NCBI GenBank assembly: GCA_905331295.1
Contig: CAJNYD010000132.1
Coordinates: 124,001 to 188,000, forward strand
Origin: Rotaria socialis
Lineage: Eukaryota
Reading direction: 5' to 3'
Length of the DNA: 64,000 nucleotides
Shown: in pieces, positions 52,857-64,000 of the stretch
Layout of the letters: each line of letters begins with the position of its first letter
Numbering within the stretch: position 1 is the stretch's first letter
Program-made: the position numbers and the translations under genes
The notes under the pieces: model-generated
Told to the model about the DNA's origin: nothing
The model's database searches: none
The model's input: the letters and a program-made list of their open reading frames with translations, nothing else

Positions 52857-55800
52857 TTAAATAATTATGCAACACACTCGATTTTTGTCTGATGCATGTG
52901 GTTGTTGTTTTCGTGTACTTTCACTATCGATTGTACTATCCATATTTGTTTTTTGTTGTTGATGTTGCTGATGTTTAAGTAATGAATGTTTAAGTGTTGA
53001 TAATACTGAATGTTGAGAGGACGTAGGGGATGAAACTGAATTAATATGACCATTCGTTTGATTAATATTATCTGTTGTTGGTACAATAGCATTTGATTTT
53101 GTTAAGCCATTGCTAGATTTTTTTCCAAGAGGCGTTTTTATATATACATTTGATGAGGATAATAATGGTGGTGAAATATCTTCTTCGACAATAATAGGCG
53201 TTTGAATATGTTCCTGATGAGATGGTGTTTGTTGTAAACGTTGATGTTCAATTATTGTTTTAATTGCATCTGTTGTATCATGATGTGGAGTTTGTTGTAA
53301 TAAACGTACAACTGGTGGTGCATCCGTCTTAGTAAATACAGTTGATTCGCGTGGTGTTGAATAACGTATAGACGTTCGAGATGCTATAGACATTTGTGAT
53401 GGATTAGCAAGACGATGTTCAGTTGATAAACTACGTGCACGATCATTCATTAAATTTAAACTAGTGGCAGTTGATGTTTCATTGGTTAGTTCTTCGTTTG
53501 TACCATTTAATATTAAACGATTATTTGATGCTATTGAACTAGCACGAGAAAAACTTCGACGTTTAGCATTATCACTAGTACTATTTGAAACCATTTGTTG
53601 TTGCTGCTGTTGTTGACTCGTTCCATCTCCTATAGAAAAATTTATAATATAGATATAGTTGAACGATATACATTAAATAAATAAATTTATACCATATCCG
53701 ATCTCAATAGCTTCTTGAAATGAATTAGGTCGTGTTGGTGAGCGTGTTTGTTGTTTTCGATTGGTTGAACGATTCATATCATTAGTATTTTCTTCACTAT
53801 CTGAATTTGAACGACTACGTGAAAAATTCCGACGTTTAGTTTCGACAACAGAACGTAAATCTTTTGAGCGAAGTACACCACTTGTTGTTGTTGAACTATC
53901 TACAGTGGCTGTACCGCTATGACTAATAAATATAGTTGTATTTGGTGTTGAAGGATTATCATCATCTTCAATATCATCATCATCATCGTCTTCTTCTTCT
54001 TCTAGAATAAGAAATTAAGAAAAAAAGAATTTGAAAAATTTTGCTTTTAAAATAATCGAAAAAGAAAATAGTTTTTGTATTTACCACTTTCTACAATTTT
54101 ATTGAGTTTTGGTAGATTCCCTGATTGTTGAATTGCAGCAGCAGTTTGACTATAGATAATAATATTATTTACGATTTTTATTATTGAAATAAACAAAATT
54201 CTTACTCAATAGGTGGGGATGACTCAGAATTTTCATCTTCTTCAAGGATAATTCTCATAGCTTGAGTTTGTGTTGGTGTATTGGTATTTGTTGAGCGTTG
54301 TTGTAATGATGGTCGTTCTTCTTCATCTTCAAGTAAAGCTGCAGAGAGAAAAATCATTTTTTTAAAATAATTATATCATTAAAAGCAGTGCTTTTTAAAA
54401 TGTGTATTTGCTTTTTTAAATATAATCCCCAATTTATTTGTGATGTGAATTCCCACCAAACTATGTAAGTTCATACGCAACCAAATTCACTACTTATCCG
54501 TTATTGACAAGATATACTCTTCATAAAATAAAATTCAAAGATATTGAGGTTTAGCAGTGTAAGCAGAAGAAAAGTTAGTAAATGAAGTAATTTCAGTTCT
54601 TTGAACATGTCTACTTAGAAAGCTGTGAATCTTCTAGAAAAGAAATAACCCAAATGGTTCTCAATAAACTTCTATGAGAATTTGAACTAACTCAAGTGTA
54701 TTAAAAGCATTCAAGGGACATTTATAGTACTTTATTTTCAATTTAGAAACTTGTTAATCTGTACGAATAGAACAATAGCAGCAAAATCTCATTAGAACTA
54801 TTCATTCATAAATAGTTAGTAAAGTACCAATAATGACAAAGTGCCATGCTTAGCTGTTGTCTGAAGTGTAGCGTTTTACTCTTTCTCTTTTCACCTATAT
54901 AACGCAAATAGATATCGCCTACACTATTCAAACATTAGAATTTCTCAAGATAGATACACGTTAAGAAGATCACGAACAGGATCACGTGTACTATTTAAAT
55001 CATTTATCTGATTGTGTTCTATTCATAATTGCTACACTAATGACTTCTCTGAACTATAACTATGTCATCATGGTCAACTGCCCAATATTTAATTAAACAC
55101 ATTGAAATCGATTGAATTCATTATAATTGTTTTTCATTTCGATTTCTGTATTTTAATTGCAAATGGATGACCGATAAAAATGCTTCTTTTCGCGTTTATA
55201 AAACGCAATTAAAATAGTATATAAATCATTTATGTGCATGAGATTGTTGTGACGATCAAAATATAAATCGCAATGTTAGAAACAAAAGCATTTATAACTA
55301 CTTATCAATCACGTCCTACCATTATCAAAATAAAGTTGAAACTGAACAGTTCTATGTTCATTTGATTCTGAATCACACTGTACAACTAAGAAAACAATTT
55401 TCTTTTTTCTTTTTTTCGTTTCAAGTAAATGTACTTTCATTAAATGAAACTGATGTTTTTTATATATTTTCTAATTCAATGCAAGAGCAGGCTTACTAGT
55501 TTTTGTCTTTTACCTGGCAAAGTTTGTTCACTTGAAGAATCAATTGAATGTCTCGATGTGGTTAATACTGGCGGTATGTTTTCTTTCCCCGAGCTAGAAA
55601 ACAAAACAAAACAAATGTTAACACAAAAAATAAATAAAATTTAATTGCAAAAGCATTTAAAACAAGAAAATTAAATAAATATTCCTCATATCCCCACAGC
55701 AAATAAAAAGCAATAATCCTTATCATCATCTTACAAACTTAAATTCTCTAAATCATTATTATCCATATTCTCATCAACAAATGAACTTTGTCTTGTAAGT

Positions 55801-58519
55801 GGCAAAGATACATCAGCAAAATGAAAGCTAAAATAAAAGAATCACAAGTCTAACTACAGTTTGTAAGAAATTCTCTCATTGATTCTTCATTCTATATGTA
55901 AACATGTTTTTCTATGTCAAATAAAATTTTGAAATTCAAAACAAAATTTACTTTGATGACGATGATGCGGACATAAAAACTCCGATTTGTTCCGTAAATG
56001 GATCAGTAGCTGGTTGTAAACGTCGTTGTCGTTTTACATTACGTTCATTATCATTGAGTTTTTCGTATAAACGATCGTTTAAAATTTTTTCAGCAAGAAG
56101 ATAATATGTTGCTGTTATATGATTATATTGATCTTCATTCAAAGCTCTAAAAAACAACAATAATAAAAAATCAACATACACTATGATGATATTTACTGTA
56201 GGATTGCATCACGTTCAGCTATATTTCCATCGGTCATTTGCTGAAGAATTGACTCATGATCATCGAGTGATATGGTTTTATGTGAAATTAATGGTAACGA
56301 ATCAACATAATGTTGATCCTCTACATCCTCATTATCGTCATCACATTGGCGATACCATATATCAGACATAACTTCATCTAATGTTGAACGTTTTTCTGGT
56401 TCACGTACAATCATATGATGAATTAAACTAAAAATAATACGATAAAAAAATAATGATATTTTTAATATCCTACTTTTGGCATTCGGATGAAATATTCGGT
56501 GGAAGTTTATAACAACAATCTAAAATCATCATTACTGTTTCGGAATCATTTGCTTCTTGGAATGGTGCTCGCCCAGTAACAAGCATAAATAATATGACAC
56601 CTAAACTCCATATATCTATAAAAATAAAAATAAACTTTGTTTTTCATTCAGGTCTTTCTTATTTCAACTATTATTACCAACGGCTGGGGCATCATATGGG
56701 TCACCAAGTAGAATTTCTGGTGCTGAATAAGCCAGAGATCCACAGCTAGTGAGTAATTTTTTACCAGGTGAAAATTGATTGGAAAACCCTTTGAGAAAGA
56801 AAACAAGAAGGAATTCTATTGATCTTCTAATCAAAAAAATCTTCTTACCAAAATCGGTTAGTTTAACAATGCCTTGTTTTTCAAAAAAGACCAAATTTTC
56901 CGGCTAAAAAATATCGATAAAGTACATGTTTAATAATTCTTTTTGTTTTGTTTGAATTGATAAAATTAAAATTAATTAGAATTATGAATAATGCATTAGT
57001 GAAAAATCATCCTTTATATTTTTCTAGCTTGTCAATTTTTTCTGCCTTGATTGATGATGCAACACATTCAAGGACTGAGAAAGGAGATCATTCAAGTGAT
57101 TAATTACTTTTGTGTAAGAAGAATGTGCATGGCTTACAGCCTTAAGAGTTATGAATACCCTAAGAAGAATTCAGCCTAGCCAACTTATTAGAATGTAGAT
57201 AATGCATTTTTTTCTTTTTAATCAATACTAGAATCTCTCGATTGAGAACATCAAATTGTCAGATTTCTGTCAGAAATATGTTTTTAACATTATCATATCT
57301 TCAGATACTAATTGATGATGAGTGAATAACAATAACTGTTCGCATCAACATCTTTATAAAATTTGAAATTGAAAATCATTTTTCCCACGCTTTGGTTTAG
57401 AATAAAGCAAAAAGAAAACATAGAATAATCAAAAATTCTTCCAAGATAATCATAAGAACCTAAATAATGTCGATGATTCCGACGCTCAAGTTATTCATCA
57501 TTTCTAGGATTTCTCTCATTAGTGAAAACGACTTTTCCTTCTGTCAGCTGTTACGAATTAATAAAAATGAATAGCTCTGCACTTTTACAATGGTAAGTAT
57601 AAATATATTGCTTTCATTTCCATCATTAATAATGTAATTTATAGCTGAAAACGTTGCCTGAAAAAAGTTATGCATTACTGAATAATTTTAATTATAATTA
57701 ATTGAAGTGAATATATACAGGAATATTCATAGTAGGCTTTTATTTTTCATTTTTCATTAAAACATTTTTTGTTTTGTTTTGTTTTAAATAAGAATCATTC
57801 TATTCGAAACAATTATATATATTTTTTTGATGTCTTCATGTCTAGATCCTAATGAAATTTGTTTTTTGTCGGATGGCACTCTTATAATGATTTCTTTCAT
57901 TTTCTTGATTATCAAAGCAAAACTTCTGTATGATCTGCACTCATATTTGTTTTTGAAAATATAATCTCATTTATTTTGTTTTTTATTTTTACGAACTATT
58001 TTTTATTTTTCTCTTACTTTAAGATCACGATGGCACACATGCATTTCATGGCAATATTTAAGTGCTCGGCATATCTGTCGAAAATATCGTCGAGCTGTAG
58101 ATTCATTAAGACCATTCGCATGTCTCATAATATAATCATACATATCACCGCCATCACCGAATTCTAATATAAGATAAAGTTTATTTGGTGTATCAATAAC
58201 TTCATATAGACGGACAACATTGGGATGTTGAACTAATTTCATGCACATAACTTCTTGAAATAAATGAGCTTTTGATATATCATCAAGTTTTGTTTTATCA
58301 ATAACTTTAACTGCAACTTCTTTCTGTGTAAAAACATGACGAGCAAGTTTTACAACAGCAAAATGGCCTGTACCAATTGTTGCTCCTTTGTGAATGAAAA
58401 TAAAAGCGTAATCAAATAAGAATAATAGATTTCTATGACTTACCTAAGGTATAAAGACCGCTGACTAAATTTCGTAAATCTGAGAGTCGACGTTCGCTAG
58501 ACATATTTGGTTGATACAT
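52857..58519 (-). CDS. SNRK: SNF-related serine/threonine kinase (AMPK family), multi-exon
   Basis: [16 protein letters not shown]...[12 protein letters not shown]...AHLFQEV...[51 protein letters not shown]-like [12 protein letters not shown] terminus CCIII*. Confidence 0.95.
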
Positions 58520-59708
58520 AACTACATTTTCTTGATATTTATTTACTTTTACATAATTATGAATAATGGTAAGAAATGAGATTCCATTGATCGAGTCTAA
58601 ACGACAGAAACAATAGAAGAACAAAAAAAAACGATGCCATGATTGATTAGGCAAAAGTTGCATTAGAATGAAGAAGAAAAAAAAAATAAAAAAAAGTATG
58701 AGTCTGTCAACATCTAATTAAGATATATGACAAACATTGTCAAGTAAAACATGTCAAATATTTATGGAAAAAAGAGTTCGTATAGCTAAAGGCAATCATG
58801 TTATTAAAGATTATTTCTCGTTGTCATATGATTTAAGACAGGCCGATAGGGATCAATGGCACTTTTTTCTTGTAGCAATTGAAAATTCAACGAAACATCA
58901 ACATGAATGGTTATCTATCAACGAGTAGTCTCAGCTTCAAAAAATTTGAAAAAAGAGCACAACCAAAGTTTGCTTTTTTTTCAATAAATTATCTCTTTTA
59001 CTGTATACAAAAACAACATTATTAAACATTAATTTTCTTACCAATGACTCTGTAATCTCAAATATAAGTGAGTTTATTCTATGTGAAGTGAACGGATTAT
59101 TACTTTTTTTTAATCTTGTCTATCATCGTAACCTGTTCGTCTATTTTGTGTGTGAAGACAGCCGTCAATAAACTAACGATAGATAGAAGAAAAAAAAAAG
59201 AGGGAATACTAACGAATTGGTCTTGTTTTTCTCTTCTCTTATTTTACATGCAGACACGCACATAATAGATATATATATTTTTTTCTTTTTCACTGTACTG
59301 CGGAGGTTATTAACTTTATCTATAAAATATGGATGCATATCATTCATGGTATATCTCCCATTAGACAGAAAACATCCACATCTGCTCCTTTTGTATTATT
59401 TTATTTGCCAATAAATCAAACAGCGAAAACAATTATCGAAACAAAAAATATCTATGCTATGTTCGACTATGGATCCATTTAATTTAATACTGTTCTTATG
59501 TTTTGTTTTTCTTCTTTCATCATTGAGGATATTAACCAGCTCAGAGATCATGCCGATCATCAATAACAGGCAGGTTTATTTTCAAACGAAACCGTACTCA
59601 TCAATTTCATCATTGCTACTGAATGTATTGATGGAAAAAAAAAATATTAATGCTTTTTTTATGAGATGATTGTGTGGGAGATGGACAGTTTGATTCATTC
59701 ATTCGATA

Positions 59709-60986
59709 ATGTTCTTGCGTATTCATATAATCTCAGTCAGTTTCTTCATTGGATATGTTCTATCAGAAGATATTTTACTTCCATCATTTATTATGGACAC
59801 CCAGCCATTATCTGCGCAATCATCATTTTATCTTTGTCATCTACATCAATTAAAAAATTCAAACGATCTTTTTCTTCAAGGTTATAATATAATTAATGGC
59901 GCGCACACAGGTCATGTTCACCATTTACTTCTTTACGAATGCTCGATCAAGGATAATCTAATATATTCAGGATTGTGTGGAATATATAATGCACGTTTAA
60001 TGCCTTCATCTGTTTATCGTTATTGTCAAACGCGTATTATAATAGCATGGGCTCGAGGTGGCCAACTCAACTATGATTATCCGATAAAGACAGGATTAAA
60101 AATGATTTCATCTACACAACTTCTTCTTGAAGTTCATTTTGAACCATCTATTCCACACAATCATTCCATTGGTATTCAATTACGATTCTATCCATTAAAT
60201 GAAAAACCTCAATATGAAGTAGGTGTTTTAACATTAGGTACATTAGCTAATTCACCGCTATTTCTTCCTCCAAGTCTTAATACAATAAGTTTTCCAACAT
60301 ATTGTTTTAATGATTGTTTAAAAGGTTTTCTTAAAAATAACTTAGTTATCAACATGTTTTCTATTCTTGTTCATGCACATCAACGTGCAACTCGCATAAT
60401 TCTCGAGAAGAATAATAATTTCGATCGATTAATTGATCAAAACCCATTTAAATTTCATCAACAAGAAATGATTTATTTTCATAAACCTTATCCACAAATC
60501 AATTCAACCAATGAACTTTCCTTAATATGTTATTATTCAACGCAAAATGATCATTTGAAAGGTATTTATGGTGGTTATGATTCAAATAATGAAATGTGTC
60601 AAGCATTTATTTATTATTATCCAAAAGTGGAATCATTTCCATTATGTCTTTCATTACCTGTTTATAAAAATAAACATTTAATGAATAATAAACGAAATTG
60701 GACTAATAAATTAAGTTTATTTATCAAAGATGAATTAGAATCAAATATAAATCATCTTAGTCTGTGTGGCGATAATATCTATTTTAATCAAAGCAATAAA
60801 ACTATGCTTCAAACAAAATTATATCAACGTTCCATGAAAAATTTTAAACAATATTCATACGTTTATTTACGCTTTTCTTCTATTTTTTATACAACTATCA
60901 CTAGTATTCTGCTAATTTCTATTATTTATTGTTATTTAATTATAAACAAATGCTTACATTCTTTTTCTAATGGTGGCACTTTGTAG
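59709..60986 (+). CDS. Copper type II ascorbate-dependent monooxygenase (DBH/MOXD1-like), intronless, no DOMON domain
   Basis: Signal peptide; CuH ligands HVHHLLLY and EVHF; CuM ligands HAH and EMC; AWARGG; C-terminal hydrophobic segment. Confidence 0.85.
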   Translation: MFLRIHIISVSFFIGYVLSEDILLPSFIMDTQPLSAQSSFYLCHLHQLKNSNDLFLQGYNIINGAHTGHVHHLLLYECSIKDNLIYSGLCGIYNARLMPSSVYRYCQTRIIIAWARGGQLNYDYPIKTGLKMISSTQLLLEVHFEPSIPHNHSIGIQLRFYPLNEKPQYEVGVLTLGTLANSPLFLPPSLNTISFPTYCFNDCLKGFLKNNLVINMFSILVHAHQRATRIILEKNNNFDRLIDQNPFKFHQQEMIYFHKPYPQINSTNELSLICYYSTQNDHLKGIYGGYDSNNEMCQAFIYYYPKVESFPLCLSLPVYKNKHLMNNKRNWTNKLSLFIKDELESNINHLSLCGDNIYFNQSNKTMLQTKLYQRSMKNFKQYSYVYLRFSSIFYTTITSILLISIIYCYLIINKCLHSFSNGGTL

Positions 60987-61654
60987 AATTCTAGAAAATA
61001 ATTCTTATATTATTAGAAATAAAAGAAAAGAAACAGCAATAAGACTTACGATTAAATGGGTATTTCAATGATTCTAGTTATAATACAAACATGCAAAATT
61101 GCTTTTTAAGCAAAACGTAAACATGTACAAGAAAGTTTTGCTTTTTTTCTAAAATAGAATAAAAAATTCCATATATAGACGAGAAAAATAAATCAAGTTT
61201 TACATCAGCTCAGACAGCCAAGACAAACAACATAACATACATTCAGTATTATTAAGCGTAATCGTGTCTTTTTTTTATTATCACTGCTGATATACGAAAC
61301 TAATTGGTCGTGTAAACATAAATATATCTGATACGTTAATCAACAATTTTATGAAATGAGCCGTGAGTAAAACCAAAAACAAAAGAGATGAAGAAAACAA
61401 AAATTCAAAATATATCCTGATAACCAAAAATTAAAGTAAAAATATTAAAATTTCACTAAAAAAATACTGAGAAAACAAAACAGATTGAATCTATCTATTA
61501 TTCGATTCATTACTTTTTTTTTCTATTAACTATTCAATCTCAACTCTCCCTCGATTGAATTAAAAATGAGCCATTAAAATATCACAAAAAGTTATTATAT
61601 AAATATTGCATAATAAGAAAGAAGCAGTCCTTTTTTATGTGTTGCAAAGGTTTA

Positions 61655-63920
61655 CTAAATGACTTTTTGAATACGTTTAAACTCTTTTAACACCGGTAAA
61701 TTAAGCATAGTTTCACTATCAATATCATTCCAATTAATTGCATGTGGACGTGTAAATGTATTATTTGTATAAATTATACGTTTAGGTGTAATAATAACGT
61801 TCACAGGTCTAAAAATATCATAGGAGAGAGTTTAAAAACACGAAACAATGATTGAATAACATACAAATCATGTTCGGTCATGACCGATGCTGGTAGATCA
61901 TTAAGTAATTGACTTTCATGTACAGTTGTAACAACCAGTGTTTTATTATTGCATGCACCTAATTGATACATCATGGCATATTCAATGTCACCATAGCCTT
62001 TGCCTTTGCCTAGAAAAATGAGAATGGTGTTATTTTTTATTTATAAACAATAAAATCTATCTGAGTACGATATTTAAAAGCGGGTGTTTTATGGGTGGAT
62101 GTTTTTCTTCCTAGCTTTTGTGATGCACTTTAGTCTTTGCATTATATACAAAATCTATTTAGTGAATGATAAGCATCAAAATACTGCGAAAGGGCATGTA
62201 GTACGTCTGAGTCTTGTTTGAAATGAACAAATACAAGGACATTTTATACTTGTTGATGTTTAATTTGTTATCGAGAAAGCACTTAATAGAGAAGCTCATA
62301 AGAATTCTCAAGTCAATAATCAATTTAGATGCTTGACTAATGAAATAAGTTTGGGTAAAATTTATTGCTGTTGTCGAAAATGACAGACATTTTTGCATCT
62401 ACTGTGGATTCATTGAATAGACACATTCCAAAGAAATATTATCGATCACAATAGAATCATGTCCAACTGTGATCGGTTGCTTGAGTCCACATTGAATCTC
62501 CTCAGTAAGAGGCCCTAGTTAGCCTGGAAAGATTCTTATTCATGTGTTTTCGAACCCTTGCAGTCATGATCATTAGACTGAATTCAAGACCTAGAATTCT
62601 ATCTAAATATAGATCAAATAGACTTGAAAAAAATGTGTGCATGACTAAAGAATATTGTCGTCGAAATTCAGTATATTGGCCAAGGAGAATCATTGTCAAC
62701 TGAAATTATCCAGAAATGCTACTGATATTTATGTGAAAATACCTATGAAAAATGCAATAAAACATACATGAATCGACTGCAATGATCTCTAACGACACAT
62801 AGAGCTTTGGTTTTCGTTTTCGTGAGTGATTTGAACATTTTTCAATTAATAATACAAACTATACGCAGATGTTAGAACTCAACTAATTGACTTTCCCAGA
62901 ATAAAAATTAAAATTCTGACTTGATTTTCATAGGCAAGACTAAGCAATTTTGACCTTAGAAATAATAATGAATGTTTTTTCTCTGAATTAAAGATAAAAG
63001 AAATCGAATTGGCGATAACACGCACAAAAAGAAATATATTTATTGACATTCTAACAATAGTGAAAGTTTTCTCATAAAAGAAATTTGTTTTTGCTTCTTC
63101 TTACCTAAACGAGCCCCACTTATTGGATTAACAATCACGGAAGCAACAACAAAAATATCGACATGTAAATTTCCAATAGCCGTTAAATTAACTATTGTAC
63201 CTAGAGCAGCGGCGCCTATAAAGCAAGTATTTATTATTAATATTCATGCTTTTCTTTTATTAAAAAATAAATTTTACCAGATTTTGTGGCTGCTCTTGCT
63301 AAATCGTGATTGCGTAAAAATGTTGGATCGAGTTTGTAGCAAATTGCATCATCAATAGATGGTGCTGGAGTAAGAACTACTTTTCCTAAAATAGAAAAAA
63401 ATTTAATATTCTAAATGAAAAAAATAAGAGTTAATTTTACAATCGAATTACCTTGGCATAATGAAAATAAACGTAAGTGTTCTTGTGCAAGACTTGGACA
63501 AATCTCAATAACGCGTGCTCGTTGAAATTCTTCAAGTTGTGCTAAATTCGTTGAACAATTCGGATTGTTTCGAAAATTTGGAATACGTCCATGAACTAAA
63601 AGAAAACAACTAAATAAAACTTTGGGTTTTTTTCCATACTTGAACGTACCAGGATGTGGATATAAGATTTCATTTTTCATTTCCATTATATCCCAAACAA
63701 GTGTACGCGCACGTGCTTTGATCAGTTGAAGTGTTGTATCAATATTTGTCGTTGTCATTGATTGATGTGTATTTTCATGATACGATTGGATCCAACTGCC
63801 AATTTGAGATAGTTTCGATAGAATTCCTGATTGCTTCAGTATATGGTCAATATGAATTGATTTATGACATAAATCATTTAGAGATATCCATAAATGAACA
63901 GTATCACGTTCGACAGACAT
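61655..63920 (-). CDS. MTHFSD: Methenyltetrahydrofolate synthetase domain-containing protein (5-formyl-THF cyclo-ligase family), six exons
   Basis: VHGRIPNF, VDIFVVASV...GARLGKGKGYGDIEYAMM, VVTTVHESQL, HDLPVNVIITP...INW. Stop at 61655-61657. Confidence 0.9.
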
Positions 63921-64000
63921 TTTCTCTTTATTTGCTGAAGGCGATTGTGAATGAGCATAGTTAATTTTCGAATTTTGACGAGAAATAGGTGGATCAATTT

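Noticed and set aside
52146..52875. Several short ORFs downstream of SNRK
   Set aside because: Arise from homopolymers and dinucleotide repeats in the probable 3' UTR.
62060..62760. Higher-complexity sequence and short ORFs in an MTHFSD intron
   Set aside because: Possibly an old insertion, but no TIR, TSD or protein motif identified.
18309..63649. Stop-free introns of length 3n (KDM3 18309-18383, Ran 51734-51787, SNRK 56789-56848, MTHFSD 63596-63649)
   Set aside because: With dozens of very short introns, a few are expected by chance, and retention would disrupt conserved domains.

Overview
AT-rich eukaryotic genomic DNA with many short (about 50-80 nt) GT-AG introns. The gene content is animal-type; the compact introns, F-box family and MITE types suggest a bdelloid rotifer (inference only). 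Recognisable genes are PDZD8 (3' end uncertain), DYRK1/minibrain, a KDM3/JMJD1-type demethylase, an intronless acid lipase, an hnRNP L/smooth homologue lacking RRM1, an SLC15/POT transporter, FBXO4, a PLAC8/cornifelin protein, Ran, SNRK, an intronless DOMON-less copper monooxygenase and MTHFSD. There are also several orphan genes, an F-box pseudogene, four MITE/foldback elements (two with perfect 8-bp TSDs), a probable retrotransposon 3' LTR with its polypurine tract, and a poly-G assembly artefact. The most interesting signals are a candidate NMD poison exon in hnRNP L, an alternative DYRK1 first exon that drops the DCAF7-binding motif, an orphan carrying AKAP/PP1/LIR motifs, and a decayed insulin-like prepropeptide. 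I found no CRISPR array, rRNA or tRNA, and no multi-gene novel system I can support. All homology calls come from motif recognition by eye, not database searches.
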